DNA from: Syntrophorhabdaceae bacterium
GTDB taxonomy: Bacteria > Desulfobacterota > Syntrophorhabdia > Syntrophorhabdales > Syntrophorhabdaceae
Assembly (NCBI GenBank): GCA_963665295.1
Contig: OY762209.1
Coordinates: 5,120,001-5,184,000 of the forward strand
DNA: 64,000 nucleotides
Reading direction: 5' to 3'
A program made the position numbers and the translations under genes. The notes beneath the pieces are model-generated. The model had not been told where the DNA came from. It saw only the letters and a list, made by a program, of their open reading frames with translations, and ran no database searches. Each line of letters opens with the position of its first letter. Position 1 is the first letter of the stretch. This document shows positions 30,913 to 40,407 of the stretch, piece by piece.

Positions 30913-31269
30913 ATGCCACGTGTGGATGAAAAGATCTTTGAACTTCAGGCCGGTATTTGCGGGACCCTGGCCAATCCGAAACGGCTTAAGATACTACATC
31001 TCCTTAAGGACGGCGAGATGGCCGTCTCGGACATGGTGCGGGCCATGGGGATAAGCAAGGCAAACCTGTCCCAGCATCTGGCCCTCCTGAAGCAGGCGGG
31101 GATTCTTTCGGCGAGAAGGGAGGGGCTTGCCATATATTACAGACTTGCCTTGCCGAGGATCACGGAAGCGTGCGGCATAATGAGGGAAGTGCTCCTCGAT
31201 GCGCTGCGCGAAAGAGAGGGGTTGGCGAAAGCCATTCTCGGGAATGAGGTGTCGGATGAGAAAGACTGA
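30913..31269 (+). CDS. ArsR/SmtB family transcriptional regulator
   Basis: LANPKRLKIL, NLSQHLALLK.AG, RREG..IYY. Confidence 0.92.
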   Translation: MPRVDEKIFELQAGICGTLANPKRLKILHLLKDGEMAVSDMVRAMGISKANLSQHLALLKQAGILSARREGLAIYYRLALPRITEACGIMREVLLDALREREGLAKAILGNEVSDEKD

Positions 31270-31951
31270 AGAATACGGAACAGGCGGGGCCGGAAAAGGA
31301 AGACTTTCAAGGGCCGGGAAGATAAGAAGGGCGAAGCAGGTGATTATGGGGGCCCTATTCCTCGCACTCCTCGCAGGGGGCTGGTTCTTTCCCTTTGTGG
31401 GCTATTTTATCCCCCTTTGCATGATTGCGGGCACAGGGATTGCCCTCTTCAGGGGGCGGAAGTGGTGTAACTGGTTCTGTCCGAGAGGCTCCTTTGCGGA
31501 TTCCTGGATGGCGAAGGTGAGCCCCGGGAGCCGGGTGCCGGACATATTCAAGGGCACGGGACTCAGGGTGGGCGTAATGGCCTTTCTCATGATTATGCTC
31601 ACATACCGGATAGGGGGACTCTGGCCGGATCTCGAGGCCGTGGGGCGGTTCTTCGTGACCCTCCTCACCATCACTACCATGGCCGGAGTGGTCCTCTCTA
31701 TGGTCTTCCATCAGCGAACGTGGTGCTATATATGTCCCATCGGGTCTCTTTCCCGGTGGGCAGGCAATGACAGGCATCCCCTTTCCCTGAAGGCGGACCG
31801 GTGCGTCGCGTGCAAGGTCTGCGGAAACCCCTGCCCCATGCAGCTCGCGCCTTACGAACTGAAAGCGGGGGCCATGCCCGGCCGGGCTGATTGCCTCAAG
31901 TGCGGCCTCTGCATAGCGGTCTGTCCCAAGGACGCGCTCCGCTTCAGCTAA
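31256..31951 (+). CDS. Membrane 4Fe-4S protein (NapH/MauN-like CxxxCP motifs)
   Basis: WCNWFCPRGS, WCYICPIGS, CVACKVCGNPCP, CLKCGLCIAVCP. Confidence 0.85.
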   Translation: MRKTEEYGTGGAGKGRLSRAGKIRRAKQVIMGALFLALLAGGWFFPFVGYFIPLCMIAGTGIALFRGRKWCNWFCPRGSFADSWMAKVSPGSRVPDIFKGTGLRVGVMAFLMIMLTYRIGGLWPDLEAVGRFFVTLLTITTMAGVVLSMVFHQRTWCYICPIGSLSRWAGNDRHPLSLKADRCVACKVCGNPCPMQLAPYELKAGAMPGRADCLKCGLCIAVCPKDALRFS

Positions 31952-31966
31952 GGAACGGCGCTTTTC

Positions 31967-32524
31967 TTATTCGATAAAGGGCTCGCCGAAGCCGTTCAGG
32001 TACACACTTTCTTTGAGGGGCCGTCTCGGCGTGTCCTTGGGTATTTCGTCAAAATACCCGAGAGGGGTCATCTCCACTACCGAGAACCCGTCAGGGATTT
32101 TAAGTATCTTCCCCGCTCCCGGCGCGTCAAAGTTGCCTACATGGACGGTCCCGAGGCCGAAATTCCATGCGGCAAGGACTACATGCTCCATGGAGATGCC
32201 CGAGTCGAACATGAACCAGTCCCCCTTGTCCGTCACGGGCACACCCTTGCGGCAACCCGACACTCCCAACCGGGCGACCACACAGATCACCAAGGGAGCG
32301 CCGACCATGGCGTCCCTCGCGGGGTTGGCCGGGCTCAGAGTGTCTCTCAGCGCCTGCTTTATGTCCTGGTCTTTTACCACGATAAACAAGGGGACCTGTG
32401 TGTTTGCCCACGACGGTGCGTGCCGGGCCGCGTCGAGAATCTCGACAACTATCTCATGCGGGATCGGGTCCGGGAGATACCTTCTCACGCTTCTCCGCTC
32501 CCGCATCACCTTCAAAATATCCAT
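31967..32524 (-). CDS. Nitroreductase family protein
   Basis: RRSVRRY, APSWANTQ, GLGTVHVG, LGY...PRRP; GGAGG RBS. Confidence 0.9.
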   Translation of the reverse strand: MDILKVMRERRSVRRYLPDPIPHEIVVEILDAARHAPSWANTQVPLFIVVKDQDIKQALRDTLSPANPARDAMVGAPLVICVVARLGVSGCRKGVPVTDKGDWFMFDSGISMEHVVLAAWNFGLGTVHVGNFDAPGAGKILKIPDGFSVVEMTPLGYFDEIPKDTPRRPLKESVYLNGFGEPFIE

Positions 32525-32550
32525 GCGCCACCTCCGGTCGGAATCATCCA

Positions 32551-32579
32551 AATATAGCGCGGCCGGAAGGGAGTGTCAA
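32551..32579 (-). promoter_or_regulatory. sigma70 promoter of nitroreductase
   Basis: TTGACA-N17-TATATT on minus strand. Confidence 0.7.
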
Positions 32580-32605
32580 CAATGATGATCATCCGGGGGG
32601 GTATA

Positions 32606-32959
32606 CTACGGGGTGTAATGAAACGCAAGCCACACGGTCTCGTCGTCCGCGCCGGTCCACTCCACCCTGTGCCTCAGGTGGGGCGGGATAAATTGGTAGT
32701 CTCCCGGCCGCATGACCCTCGCCTCTGTTTCCCCTTCCATGAGAAGGCCCGCGCTGCCCTTGAGGAGGATCACCCATTCCGCCGTTTCCTGGTCGTACCA
32801 CGTTTCCGGGGCAGTGGCGTGTCCTTTTGAGACGATACGCTCCAGCCTGAACCCCTTCACTGCAAGGAGGGTTTCGAGCAGCTCTTCCTTAAGGACATCG
32901 GGAATCAGGGAATAGATGTTTCCCTCATCTCCATCGTTTTTTGCGGTCCTCGCCATCAA
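32606..32959 (-). CDS. Cupin domain protein
   Basis: LERIVSKGH, WYDQ..EWVILLKG, IPPHLRHRVEWT; ATGA overlap with amylase gene. Confidence 0.85.
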   Translation of the reverse strand: MMARTAKNDGDEGNIYSLIPDVLKEELLETLLAVKGFRLERIVSKGHATAPETWYDQETAEWVILLKGSAGLLMEGETEARVMRPGDYQFIPPHLRHRVEWTGADDETVWLAFHYTP

Positions 32960-35900
32960 CTCTCCATCTCGTCCTTCACGATTTCGAGGAACCTCACCAC
33001 CCTGTAGCCGGATCGTTCCGACGCTTTACACAGGGCCTCCACGAGGGTGTGGTACTTGTCCAGGTCCGCCGGGTCCCGGCCCGTATCGGCTGACTTCTTT
33101 CCGTTAAGCTTGATGGCCTGGACCGTGAGGAGAGAAACGAGCAGTTCCTGGAAGCTGTCCCTGCTGAACCAGAGGACTTGCCGGTACTCGTTCACTTGAA
33201 GGAATTGCGTGGTCTCTTCATCGCTGAAAAGCAGGGCAAGTCTGTCGCGCAGGCTTGTCGCGTCCGGGGCCTCGAGGGTCGCGCAATGTCTGACGAGGAG
33301 CTCGACCAGCGCCGTGGCCCGGAGCGCCAGTTGACGGTCAAGGCCAAGGCCTTCGAAGGTCTCCGTAATGACAGGTCTCAAGAACCACTCATCGATCAGC
33401 TTCCTGCCCTCTTCGGGACTCTCCTGGTTTCCCGTAAGCATACCGCCCAGGGCATGGATCAGGACCCATGCGAGGTATGTGTAAAAAGAAGCAGGATTAT
33501 CCGCTGGGTTGAGGCAGAGATATTCCGCGTCCTCCGCGGGAAAATCCGCTCTGGGGCGGCCCTTTTCCTCCTGAGGTAAAGAGGAGAGAAAGAGCAGTGA
33601 TTCGAGCTTTCGCCCCGTGCACTGCATGATATCCGTTTCGCTGCCGGGGCCGTTCCCGTGGCGCTTTATCTCCTGAAGGAGGCGGAGCATCCTTTCCTCG
33701 ATCTCCCCCATGAGGGGAGCGAGGAATTCCTGCTCTTCGAAACCGGGCAATGCCATGGCCGCTTCCCGCAATCTCCGGAACAAGTTGACATTGACCACGT
33801 CCCTGAAACAATGGAGCACGGGCTGAAGGAGCATCTCCTTCAGGGCCTTTCCCATGTCGGGGACCCCACGGCCGTTGAGGTACGCGGCAAGGCGGGAGTA
33901 ATGGCGCCACTCATTATCCACAACCTCCTGGAAATCGAGAAAGACATGGTAGCCATAGGCCCCAAGTTCCACGTAAAGTCCTTTTTCGTGGATTTGCCTG
34001 TTCCCCCTCACAAACCTGAGACCCGATACATGGTCTCTGAATATAGTGAAACAGCCCTCTCCGGACGGCAGGCCGAGACCCTCTCCAAGGGTTTTCTGTA
34101 CGAGGTCCCGGGCATCGCCTTCACCCCTCTTGACCAGATAGGCGACGGAGGTCCTGATCCACCCCGCGGTGTCACCGAATTTATTATGGTATGCCACAAG
34201 GGCCCGCTCTCCGCCAAGCCGGTTCGAATAGGCGTATACGTCTTCGTTCACTGTCCCCTCGGCGGTAAAGAAATCATAGAGGAGAAAATGCTCTACACCG
34301 GCGAAGAGGTGCCTCAGGTGAAGAAGGGGGAAGATCTCCCTTTCATGGCGATCCATGAGATACGGGTCGGGCGATTCTTCCCGGTATGCCCGCCGGTACT
34401 CCATGCCATACTTCTCCGTGAAACCCTCGATCTGCCCGTGGCCGAACATGGGAAGACCGGGCATGGTGATCATCACCATGCAGGAACCGAAGTATTTTCC
34501 GTCCTTGCCGAACTGGTCCACAGCGGTCCGTTCGTCGGGGTTGTTCATGAAATTCACGAAACGCCTGAGGATCTCGGGGTCGAATTCGAGGGTATTCTTC
34601 ATGACCTGGCGATATCCCGCATTGTCCTCGTCCCTGAGCATGTTCATAAAGGCGCTGTTATACACCCGGTGCATACCGAGAGAGCGCACAAAATAGCCTT
34701 CGAGAAGCCAGAAGGCTTCGGCAAGAAGCAGGGTGTCGGGGGCTTCCGCAGCCACACGGTCCACGACCTCCCTCCAGAACTCTTTCGGCATGGCTTCGTT
34801 GAACTCTTCTTTGGTAAGGCCGAACTCCGCCCTTGTGGGGATGGCCCCGCCTGTCCCGGGCTCGGGGAACCAGAGGCGCTGGTAGTGCTTCTTCGTAAGG
34901 GTCATGGCAGCGTCGAACCGGATAACGGGGAACTTTCGCGCCACGTGGAGGATCGTCCGGATCATGGCCTCCCGCACCTCGGGGTTCAGGTAATTCAACT
35001 GTGCCGTATCATTCCACGGCATGCTGGTGCCGTCGTTTCCGTGATAGACGTATGACTCGTCCCCTGTCCACCGGTCGAGCCTTTTAAACACGACTGCCGC
35101 GTCGGACTGGTTGTAATAATGGTCCTCCACGAAAATGCCGACCCTCTCGTCGTGGGAGAGGTCCACCCCGCTGAAGGTATACCAGGGAAAAGGGTTGTAG
35201 TCGAGGGATACAAACCAATCAGGGTGTTCCACGGTCCACTTGGAGTATATGCCCACGTGATTGGGCACCATGTCGCTCGCAAGGCGGATGCCCCGGGTCC
35301 ACGCCCGGTCTCTGAGGTTGGAGTAGGCTTCCTCGCCCCCCAGGTCCGCCGCGATCACGTAATCGTAAAGAGAGTAGGCGGAAGGAACCGCTTCGGGATT
35401 GCCGCACAACTGTTTGATCTTCTGAGATGAAGAGCTTCTTTCCCACACGCCGATAAGCCAAAGGCCCGAGAACCCCTGGCGGCGGAGGGTATCGAGTTCC
35501 TCATCCGGTATCTCGTCAAGGCTGGTGATCGACTCGCTGTATTTCTTCGAGAGTTGGTCAAGCCAGACGTAAATGTTCTTTGCAATGAGCACAAGTTCAG
35601 GCATCCACTCGCGGTCGGGGCTGAACTCCTCGGATTCGGCTTCGGCTTCGTACCCGTATCCTGCTGCGGCTGCCCCGAACTTCAATACCTGCGCCCGGCC
35701 CGGCCCGGCAAAGGTCATCTTTTCCTCTTCCTTGAACAGGTCGAGGGCCTTGAGGATTCGGCGGAGCAGGTTCTTGAGAATTATGCCCCAACGCTCACGG
35801 ATATATCCGAGTTGGCCGGAGAGGGAGTAAGGCACCATGACCGCCGGGCTCCTCAACATGTCCACAAGATGCTGACGAATGGGCCCAAAGGGAGGCTTGG

Positions 35901-36483
35901 TGTCAAAATAAGACCTGAGTCCCGAGATGATATGCGGATAGCTCGTGGTCTTGCGCAATACCGTATCGTCGAAAAGCTCCACAAAAGGTGAAAAGGCGGG
36001 GTTCATATTCGCAAGCCAGAGAAGAAGCATCTCTTCGAGTACGATCTCCCGGTTGGGCGTCCCTTCCGTAGCGCCGTCCAGGTAGGCCTCGAGGGTTATC
36101 TCTTCCCGGTACACGGCGATAGCGGGAAATTCGTCGGCGAAGGCCCGCAAAGTGTTGTCCACCGCGTCTTTGCCCAGGGTATCGTAAAGGGCTCCGAGGG
36201 CGTTTTTGATGGCATCTTTGTCGACTTCACGCCGGTACAGGGAGACAACGTAATGAAGGGCCTCGTCAATGAGCCCCATGGCGGTTATCTGCCCCGGTTT
36301 CACGGCTTGTTCCGGATGGTTCACCAGGTCCCTTTTCTCGTTCATCTTCTGGGCAAACACCCTTGCGGCGCGATAGTCGGCAAAAATCACGTTGCCGTTA
36401 AAGGAAAATATGGATTCGTCGAAGTCATACCGGGCCCTGGCGCGCCTCGACACGTGGAATTCCATAACCGTTGTATTTTTCAT
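32956..36483 (-). CDS. Large GH13 alpha-amylase-family glycoside hydrolase
   Basis: DMVPNH, IRFDAAM, LLAEAFW, FMNNPDE conserved GH13 regions. Confidence 0.88.
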   Translation of the reverse strand: MKNTTVMEFHVSRRARARYDFDESIFSFNGNVIFADYRAARVFAQKMNEKRDLVNHPEQAVKPGQITAMGLIDEALHYVVSLYRREVDKDAIKNALGALYDTLGKDAVDNTLRAFADEFPAIAVYREEITLEAYLDGATEGTPNREIVLEEMLLLWLANMNPAFSPFVELFDDTVLRKTTSYPHIISGLRSYFDTKPPFGPIRQHLVDMLRSPAVMVPYSLSGQLGYIRERWGIILKNLLRRILKALDLFKEEEKMTFAGPGRAQVLKFGAAAAGYGYEAEAESEEFSPDREWMPELVLIAKNIYVWLDQLSKKYSESITSLDEIPDEELDTLRRQGFSGLWLIGVWERSSSSQKIKQLCGNPEAVPSAYSLYDYVIAADLGGEEAYSNLRDRAWTRGIRLASDMVPNHVGIYSKWTVEHPDWFVSLDYNPFPWYTFSGVDLSHDERVGIFVEDHYYNQSDAAVVFKRLDRWTGDESYVYHGNDGTSMPWNDTAQLNYLNPEVREAMIRTILHVARKFPVIRFDAAMTLTKKHYQRLWFPEPGTGGAIPTRAEFGLTKEEFNEAMPKEFWREVVDRVAAEAPDTLLLAEAFWLLEGYFVRSLGMHRVYNSAFMNMLRDEDNAGYRQVMKNTLEFDPEILRRFVNFMNNPDERTAVDQFGKDGKYFGSCMVMITMPGLPMFGHGQIEGFTEKYGMEYRRAYREESPDPYLMDRHEREIFPLLHLRHLFAGVEHFLLYDFFTAEGTVNEDVYAYSNRLGGERALVAYHNKFGDTAGWIRTSVAYLVKRGEGDARDLVQKTLGEGLGLPSGEGCFTIFRDHVSGLRFVRGNRQIHEKGLYVELGAYGYHVFLDFQEVVDNEWRHYSRLAAYLNGRGVPDMGKALKEMLLQPVLHCFRDVVNVNLFRRLREAAMALPGFEEQEFLAPLMGEIEERMLRLLQEIKRHGNGPGSETDIMQCTGRKLESLLFLSSLPQEEKGRPRADFPAEDAEYLCLNPADNPASFYTYLAWVLIHALGGMLTGNQESPEEGRKLIDEWFLRPVITETFEGLGLDRQLALRATALVELLVRHCATLEAPDATSLRDRLALLFSDEETTQFLQVNEYRQVLWFSRDSFQELLVSLLTVQAIKLNGKKSADTGRDPADLDKYHTLVEALCKASERSGYRVVRFLEIVKDEMES

Positions 36484-36489
36484 GCACCC

Positions 36490-36518
36490 ATGGTAACACA
36501 GGGGTATTTGAGAGTCAA
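36490..36518 (-). promoter_or_regulatory. sigma70 promoter, leaderless geometry
   Basis: TTGACT-N17-TACCAT with TGn extension, 6 nt before ATG 36483. Confidence 0.65.
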
Positions 36519-36655
36519 TAAATGGACACCCCAATCAGTCGATAAATTGAAATATCCCGGTGCCTTCGGGTGGGCCCCCGCCTCCCTGGGAGGCCGCGCC
36601 GGCAGCGGGTCGTTCCGCCTTGATCCGAGGCAGCGGAGGATACCGTGCCGTCGCA

Positions 36656-38447
36656 CCTTAATCCCCCACCAAAAATAATCAAAAACCCCGTTGGCCCCTA
36701 CGAATAGGGATGATAGAATGTAGTCACCACACCAAATTCCATCACCAACGAGGTGAATCAATTATGCCACAGGGCCTCCTTCCGTACAAGTATGAAGAAG
36801 AGAAAAGAGAAACAGGCATGACCTCCCTCGCAGGGCTCCCCCTCTACCTCGACCTTGCATCGGCCTTGGGCCTCGCCGGTTCGATCGGTGCTCACATGCA
36901 TATAAAGAGTGAAGGCTGGACAGACACGCAGATAATCCTCACCCTCATTCTTCTGAACCTTGCCGGAGGAGACAGCGTAGACGATGTAACTATCCTTGAA
37001 AAGGATGAGGGGCTGTGCAGAGTCGTGCGGCGAATAGAACAGAAAGGGCTTACCCGCAAGGAACGGAAAGCCCGGGAGCGGCAACGCACGTTCCCTTCCC
37101 CTTCCCCGATATTCCGGTATCTCTCCGCCTTCCATGATGCGCGGGAGGAGAAGAAGAGGGAAAAGGGGAAGGCCTTCATTCCCGCCCCGAACGAGCATCT
37201 TATGAACCTCATGAAGGTACACCGGGATTTCATCTGCTCCATAGTGAAGTCCGCCTCCCCAAAGGTCGCGACCCTCGATATGGATGCAACCCTGATAGAG
37301 ACGTTGAAGAGAAGCGCCCTCTTCAGTTATAAACACCATAAGGCCTATCAACCGTTCAATACCTGGTGGGCGGAACAGGAGTTGATTCTTCATACCGAGT
37401 TCAGGGACGGCAATGTCCCTGCGGGACATGAACAGTTAAGAGTATTCAAGGAAGCCCTCTCAAAGCTTCCTCCCGGTGTAGAGAAGGTCTATCTCCGTTC
37501 CGATACCGCAGGGTATCAACACGACCTCCTGAAGTACTGCGAGAATGGCGAAAATACACGCTTCGGCAGGATCGAGTTTGCCATAGGCGCCGATGTGACC
37601 TCTGAGTTCAAAAAGGCAGTGGCCCAGGCAGAAGAGTGGAGACCTCTCTATAAAGAAGGAAAGGAGACGGGAAGGGAGTGGACCGAAGTCTGCTACGTAC
37701 CCAATGCGGTCGGCCACAGCAAAAAGGATCCGGAATACCGCTACTTCGCTACCCGTGAGCTTTTAAAACAGGATATCCTTCCCGGCATGGAAGGGCAACT
37801 CTCATTCCCTACGATGATGATGACACAAAAGCGCTACAGGATATTCGGCATCGTCACAAACAGGGATATGGAAGGAGATGAACTGATACGGTGGCATTAT
37901 AAACGGGCAGGGAAATCGGAGGAGGCCCACTCTATCATGAAAGAGGACCTTGCCGGGGGAAGACTCCCAACGGGTAAGTTCGGAGAGAATGCCGCCTGGT
38001 GGTGGATAATGGTCCTCGCCTTTAATATCAATTCGGCATTGAAACGTCTGGTGCTGAAAGGATCATGGGCCACCAGGAGAATGAAGGCGATCCGCTTTTC
38101 CCTCATCAACCTGCCGGGAAGGGTCATGACCCACGCGAGGGAACTTGTGATCCGCATATCGAGAGAACACCCCTCCCTGGAATTATTGTTCGCAGCACGG
38201 CAACGCATCATGGAGCTTGTACTTTCGGGATAGATGATGAGAAGCGGGGAAGAGACTCTTTGTGGAACGAGACGGCGAAAGGAGGGGTGTGCCCAAATCT
38301 TACCCGTCAGAGAGGCGTGTGCCATGTCTGGATAGACGAAACGGAACGAAGGGTTCATATTTGATTCCGATTTAAAGGGTGGTGGGGAAAGACGGCTCGG
38401 ATGGAGGGCAAAGCAGCGGTAAGGGCGAGAGGGGTGGTGGATTATGG
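36656..38447 (+). mobile_element. Complete IS1380-family insertion sequence (1792 bp)
   Basis: Left end CCTTAATCCCCCACC (36656-70); reverse complement of right end CCATAATCCACCACC (38433-47), 13/15 match; flanking direct repeat CGCA at 36652-55 and 38448-51. Confidence 0.92.
36764..38233 (+). CDS. IS1380-family DDE transposase
   Basis: TSLAGL, TLDMDAT, FRDGNV, LRSDTAGY, Y..R...E....K, FGENAAW, RFSLINLPGRV; uninterrupted. Confidence 0.92.
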   Translation: MPQGLLPYKYEEEKRETGMTSLAGLPLYLDLASALGLAGSIGAHMHIKSEGWTDTQIILTLILLNLAGGDSVDDVTILEKDEGLCRVVRRIEQKGLTRKERKARERQRTFPSPSPIFRYLSAFHDAREEKKREKGKAFIPAPNEHLMNLMKVHRDFICSIVKSASPKVATLDMDATLIETLKRSALFSYKHHKAYQPFNTWWAEQELILHTEFRDGNVPAGHEQLRVFKEALSKLPPGVEKVYLRSDTAGYQHDLLKYCENGENTRFGRIEFAIGADVTSEFKKAVAQAEEWRPLYKEGKETGREWTEVCYVPNAVGHSKKDPEYRYFATRELLKQDILPGMEGQLSFPTMMMTQKRYRIFGIVTNRDMEGDELIRWHYKRAGKSEEAHSIMKEDLAGGRLPTGKFGENAAWWWIMVLAFNINSALKRLVLKGSWATRRMKAIRFSLINLPGRVMTHARELVIRISREHPSLELLFAARQRIMELVLSG

Positions 38448-38460
38448 CGCACGAAAACCA

Positions 38461-38489
38461 TTGACGGAGCCCCCCTGTTCCCGTATACT
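38461..38489 (+). promoter_or_regulatory. sigma70 promoter of ilv leader/ilvB
   Basis: TTGACG-N17-TATACT. Confidence 0.75.
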
Positions 38490-38559
38490 GAATGTAAGAT
38501 TTATAAACAAGCTGAAAGGTACGGTGACTTTGAGAACAGACATCAGTGCAGGCCGTAAG

Positions 38560-38637
38560 ATGATCGTGGAAAAAGTAGTGCTCCTCGTCGTTGTAGTAAC
38601 GATCATATCAAGGTACGCACCGATGGGCCTCGGATGA
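38560..38637 (+). CDS. Branched-chain amino acid attenuator leader peptide
   Basis: MIVEKVVLLVVVVTIISRYAPMGLG; tract of Val/Leu/Ile codons upstream of terminator and ilvB (alternative GTG start 38524). Confidence 0.85.
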   Translation: MIVEKVVLLVVVVTIISRYAPMGLG

Positions 38638-38657
38638 GAACCATCTGAAAAGGGATC

Positions 38658-38695
38658 AAAAGCCCCTGTCGGTGCAAGCCGACAGGGGCTTTTTT
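38658..38695 (+). terminator. Attenuator terminator hairpin
   Basis: AAAAGCCCCTGTCGG-TGCAAG-CCGACAGGGGCTTTTTT; antiterminator strand GCACCGATGGGC (38617-28) complementary to 5' arm/loop. Confidence 0.88.
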
Positions 38696-38717
38696 ATTAC
38701 GTGAAAGGAGCGGTGAG

Positions 38718-40391
38718 ATGAGATTAAAAGGATCTGAGATTATCGTGAAGTCTTTGGAGAGGCAGGGCATAGAGATCGTATCCGGCATACCCGGGGGGTC
38801 CAACCTCCCCATATATGATGCCCTTCACAAAAGCACCATCCGTCATGTCCTCGCCCGGCATGAACAGGGTGCGGGCTTTATCGCTCACGGCATGGCGCGG
38901 TCAACAGGGCGGGCGGCCGTCTGTCTCGCCACCTCCGGCCCGGGAGTGATGAACCTTCTCACCGCCATAGCGGACGCAAAGCTCGATTCCGTACCCCTCG
39001 TGGCCGTCACCGGACAGGTGCCCCGTTCCATGATAGGCACCGACGCCTTTCAGGAGGTGGATACCTACGGCATGACCCTCAATATCACCAGGCACAATTT
39101 TCTCGTCAAGAGCGCCGCGGAGTTGGTCCGTCTCATGCCCAGGGCCTTCGAGATCGCCGAAGGGGGCCGCAAGGGTCCCGTGGTCGTCGATGTGCCGAAA
39201 GATGTCCAACTCCAGGAGGTGGAATTCGCCGATTGGCCCTGCCCGGCCCCGCGTGGGGCAACGCCGGGCCCACAGGATGCGGCGAAGCTGGAAAGAATCG
39301 CGGAGATGATACGGAAATCGAAGCGGCCCCTTATCTACGCGGGAGGAGGTATTGTCAATGCAGACGCCGGCGCGTCCCTCCTGGCCCTCGCGAGAAAAAA
39401 CTCCATCCCCGTGGCGCTCACCCTCATGGGGCTCGGGGCATTCCCGCCTGACGACCCCCTCTATGCGGGAATGCTCGGCATGCACGGAGCGCACTTCACG
39501 AATCATGTCGTTGATGAGGCGGACCTGCTCCTTGCCTTCGGGGTCCGGTTCGACGACAGGGCCATAGGCAAGGTCAAGGAATTCTGCCCGGGTGCCTCCA
39601 TAGTACACATCGACATCGACGATTCGGAGATCGACAAGATAAAAAAGTCGAATCTCTCCATGACTGCCGATATAGGACCTGCCCTGAGGGAGCTTGTGCC
39701 TCTCGTGGATACCCGGGTAAGGCCTGAATGGATGGCAAGGATCAAGGCGATAAAAGAGGAACACCCCTTCCGCCCTCCCCGTACCGCGGACCCTCTCCAC
39801 CCGGTCAACCTCATAGGCCGCTTAAGCGCCATGGCCGAGCCGGATGCGATCGTGACTACCGATGTGGGACAGCATCAGATGTGGGTCGCCCAGGCATACC
39901 CTTTCCACAGGCCGAGGCAGTTCCTCACCTCCGGAGGGCTCGGGACCATGGGTTTCGGACTTCCCGCGGCCATAGGGGCCGCCCTCGCCCATCCGGACCG
40001 TCAGGTCATCTGCGTGAGCGGCGACGGCTCGATCCAGATGAACATCCAGGAACTCGCGACCCTGGCGGAACTCAACCTCCGTGTCTCCATCGTCATAATG
40101 AACAACCAGCATCTCGGCCTGGTGAGACAGCAGCAGGAGTTATTCTTTGACGGGAATTACATCGCGTCGCGATTTGCGAGAAGGCTCGATTTCTCGGCTA
40201 TCGGCCGGGAGTTCGGCCTGAGGAGCGTCAATCTCGCCCATACGGGGGATCCACTCGGGGCCATTCGGGATATGCTTGCCGGACAGGGGCCGTGCATCAT
40301 CGATGCACCCGTTCATTTTGCGGAGAACGTGTTCCCCATGGTGCCCCCGGGGGCGGCAAACAGGGATATGATAGGGGCGGACCGCATGTGA
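38718..40391 (+). CDS. ilvB: Acetolactate synthase large subunit
   Basis: RHEQGAG, TSGPG, DAFQEVD, GVRFDDR, DVGQHQMW, SGGLGTMGFG, GDGS...NN. Confidence 0.93.
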   Translation: MRLKGSEIIVKSLERQGIEIVSGIPGGSNLPIYDALHKSTIRHVLARHEQGAGFIAHGMARSTGRAAVCLATSGPGVMNLLTAIADAKLDSVPLVAVTGQVPRSMIGTDAFQEVDTYGMTLNITRHNFLVKSAAELVRLMPRAFEIAEGGRKGPVVVDVPKDVQLQEVEFADWPCPAPRGATPGPQDAAKLERIAEMIRKSKRPLIYAGGGIVNADAGASLLALARKNSIPVALTLMGLGAFPPDDPLYAGMLGMHGAHFTNHVVDEADLLLAFGVRFDDRAIGKVKEFCPGASIVHIDIDDSEIDKIKKSNLSMTADIGPALRELVPLVDTRVRPEWMARIKAIKEEHPFRPPRTADPLHPVNLIGRLSAMAEPDAIVTTDVGQHQMWVAQAYPFHRPRQFLTSGGLGTMGFGLPAAIGAALAHPDRQVICVSGDGSIQMNIQELATLAELNLRVSIVIMNNQHLGLVRQQQELFFDGNYIASRFARRLDFSAIGREFGLRSVNLAHTGDPLGAIRDMLAGQGPCIIDAPVHFAENVFPMVPPGAANRDMIGADRM

Positions 40392-40407
40392 GCGCCGCCC
40401 CGCGATA

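Noticed and set aside
36550..36650. Hairpin-rich stretch left of the IS as an ncRNA
   Set aside because: Short GC stems only, no recognisable family, promoter or terminator.
38401..38559. 78-aa ORF 38401-38637 as a protein
   Set aside because: Starts inside the IS and crosses the promoter; only the last 25-37 codons are the leader peptide.
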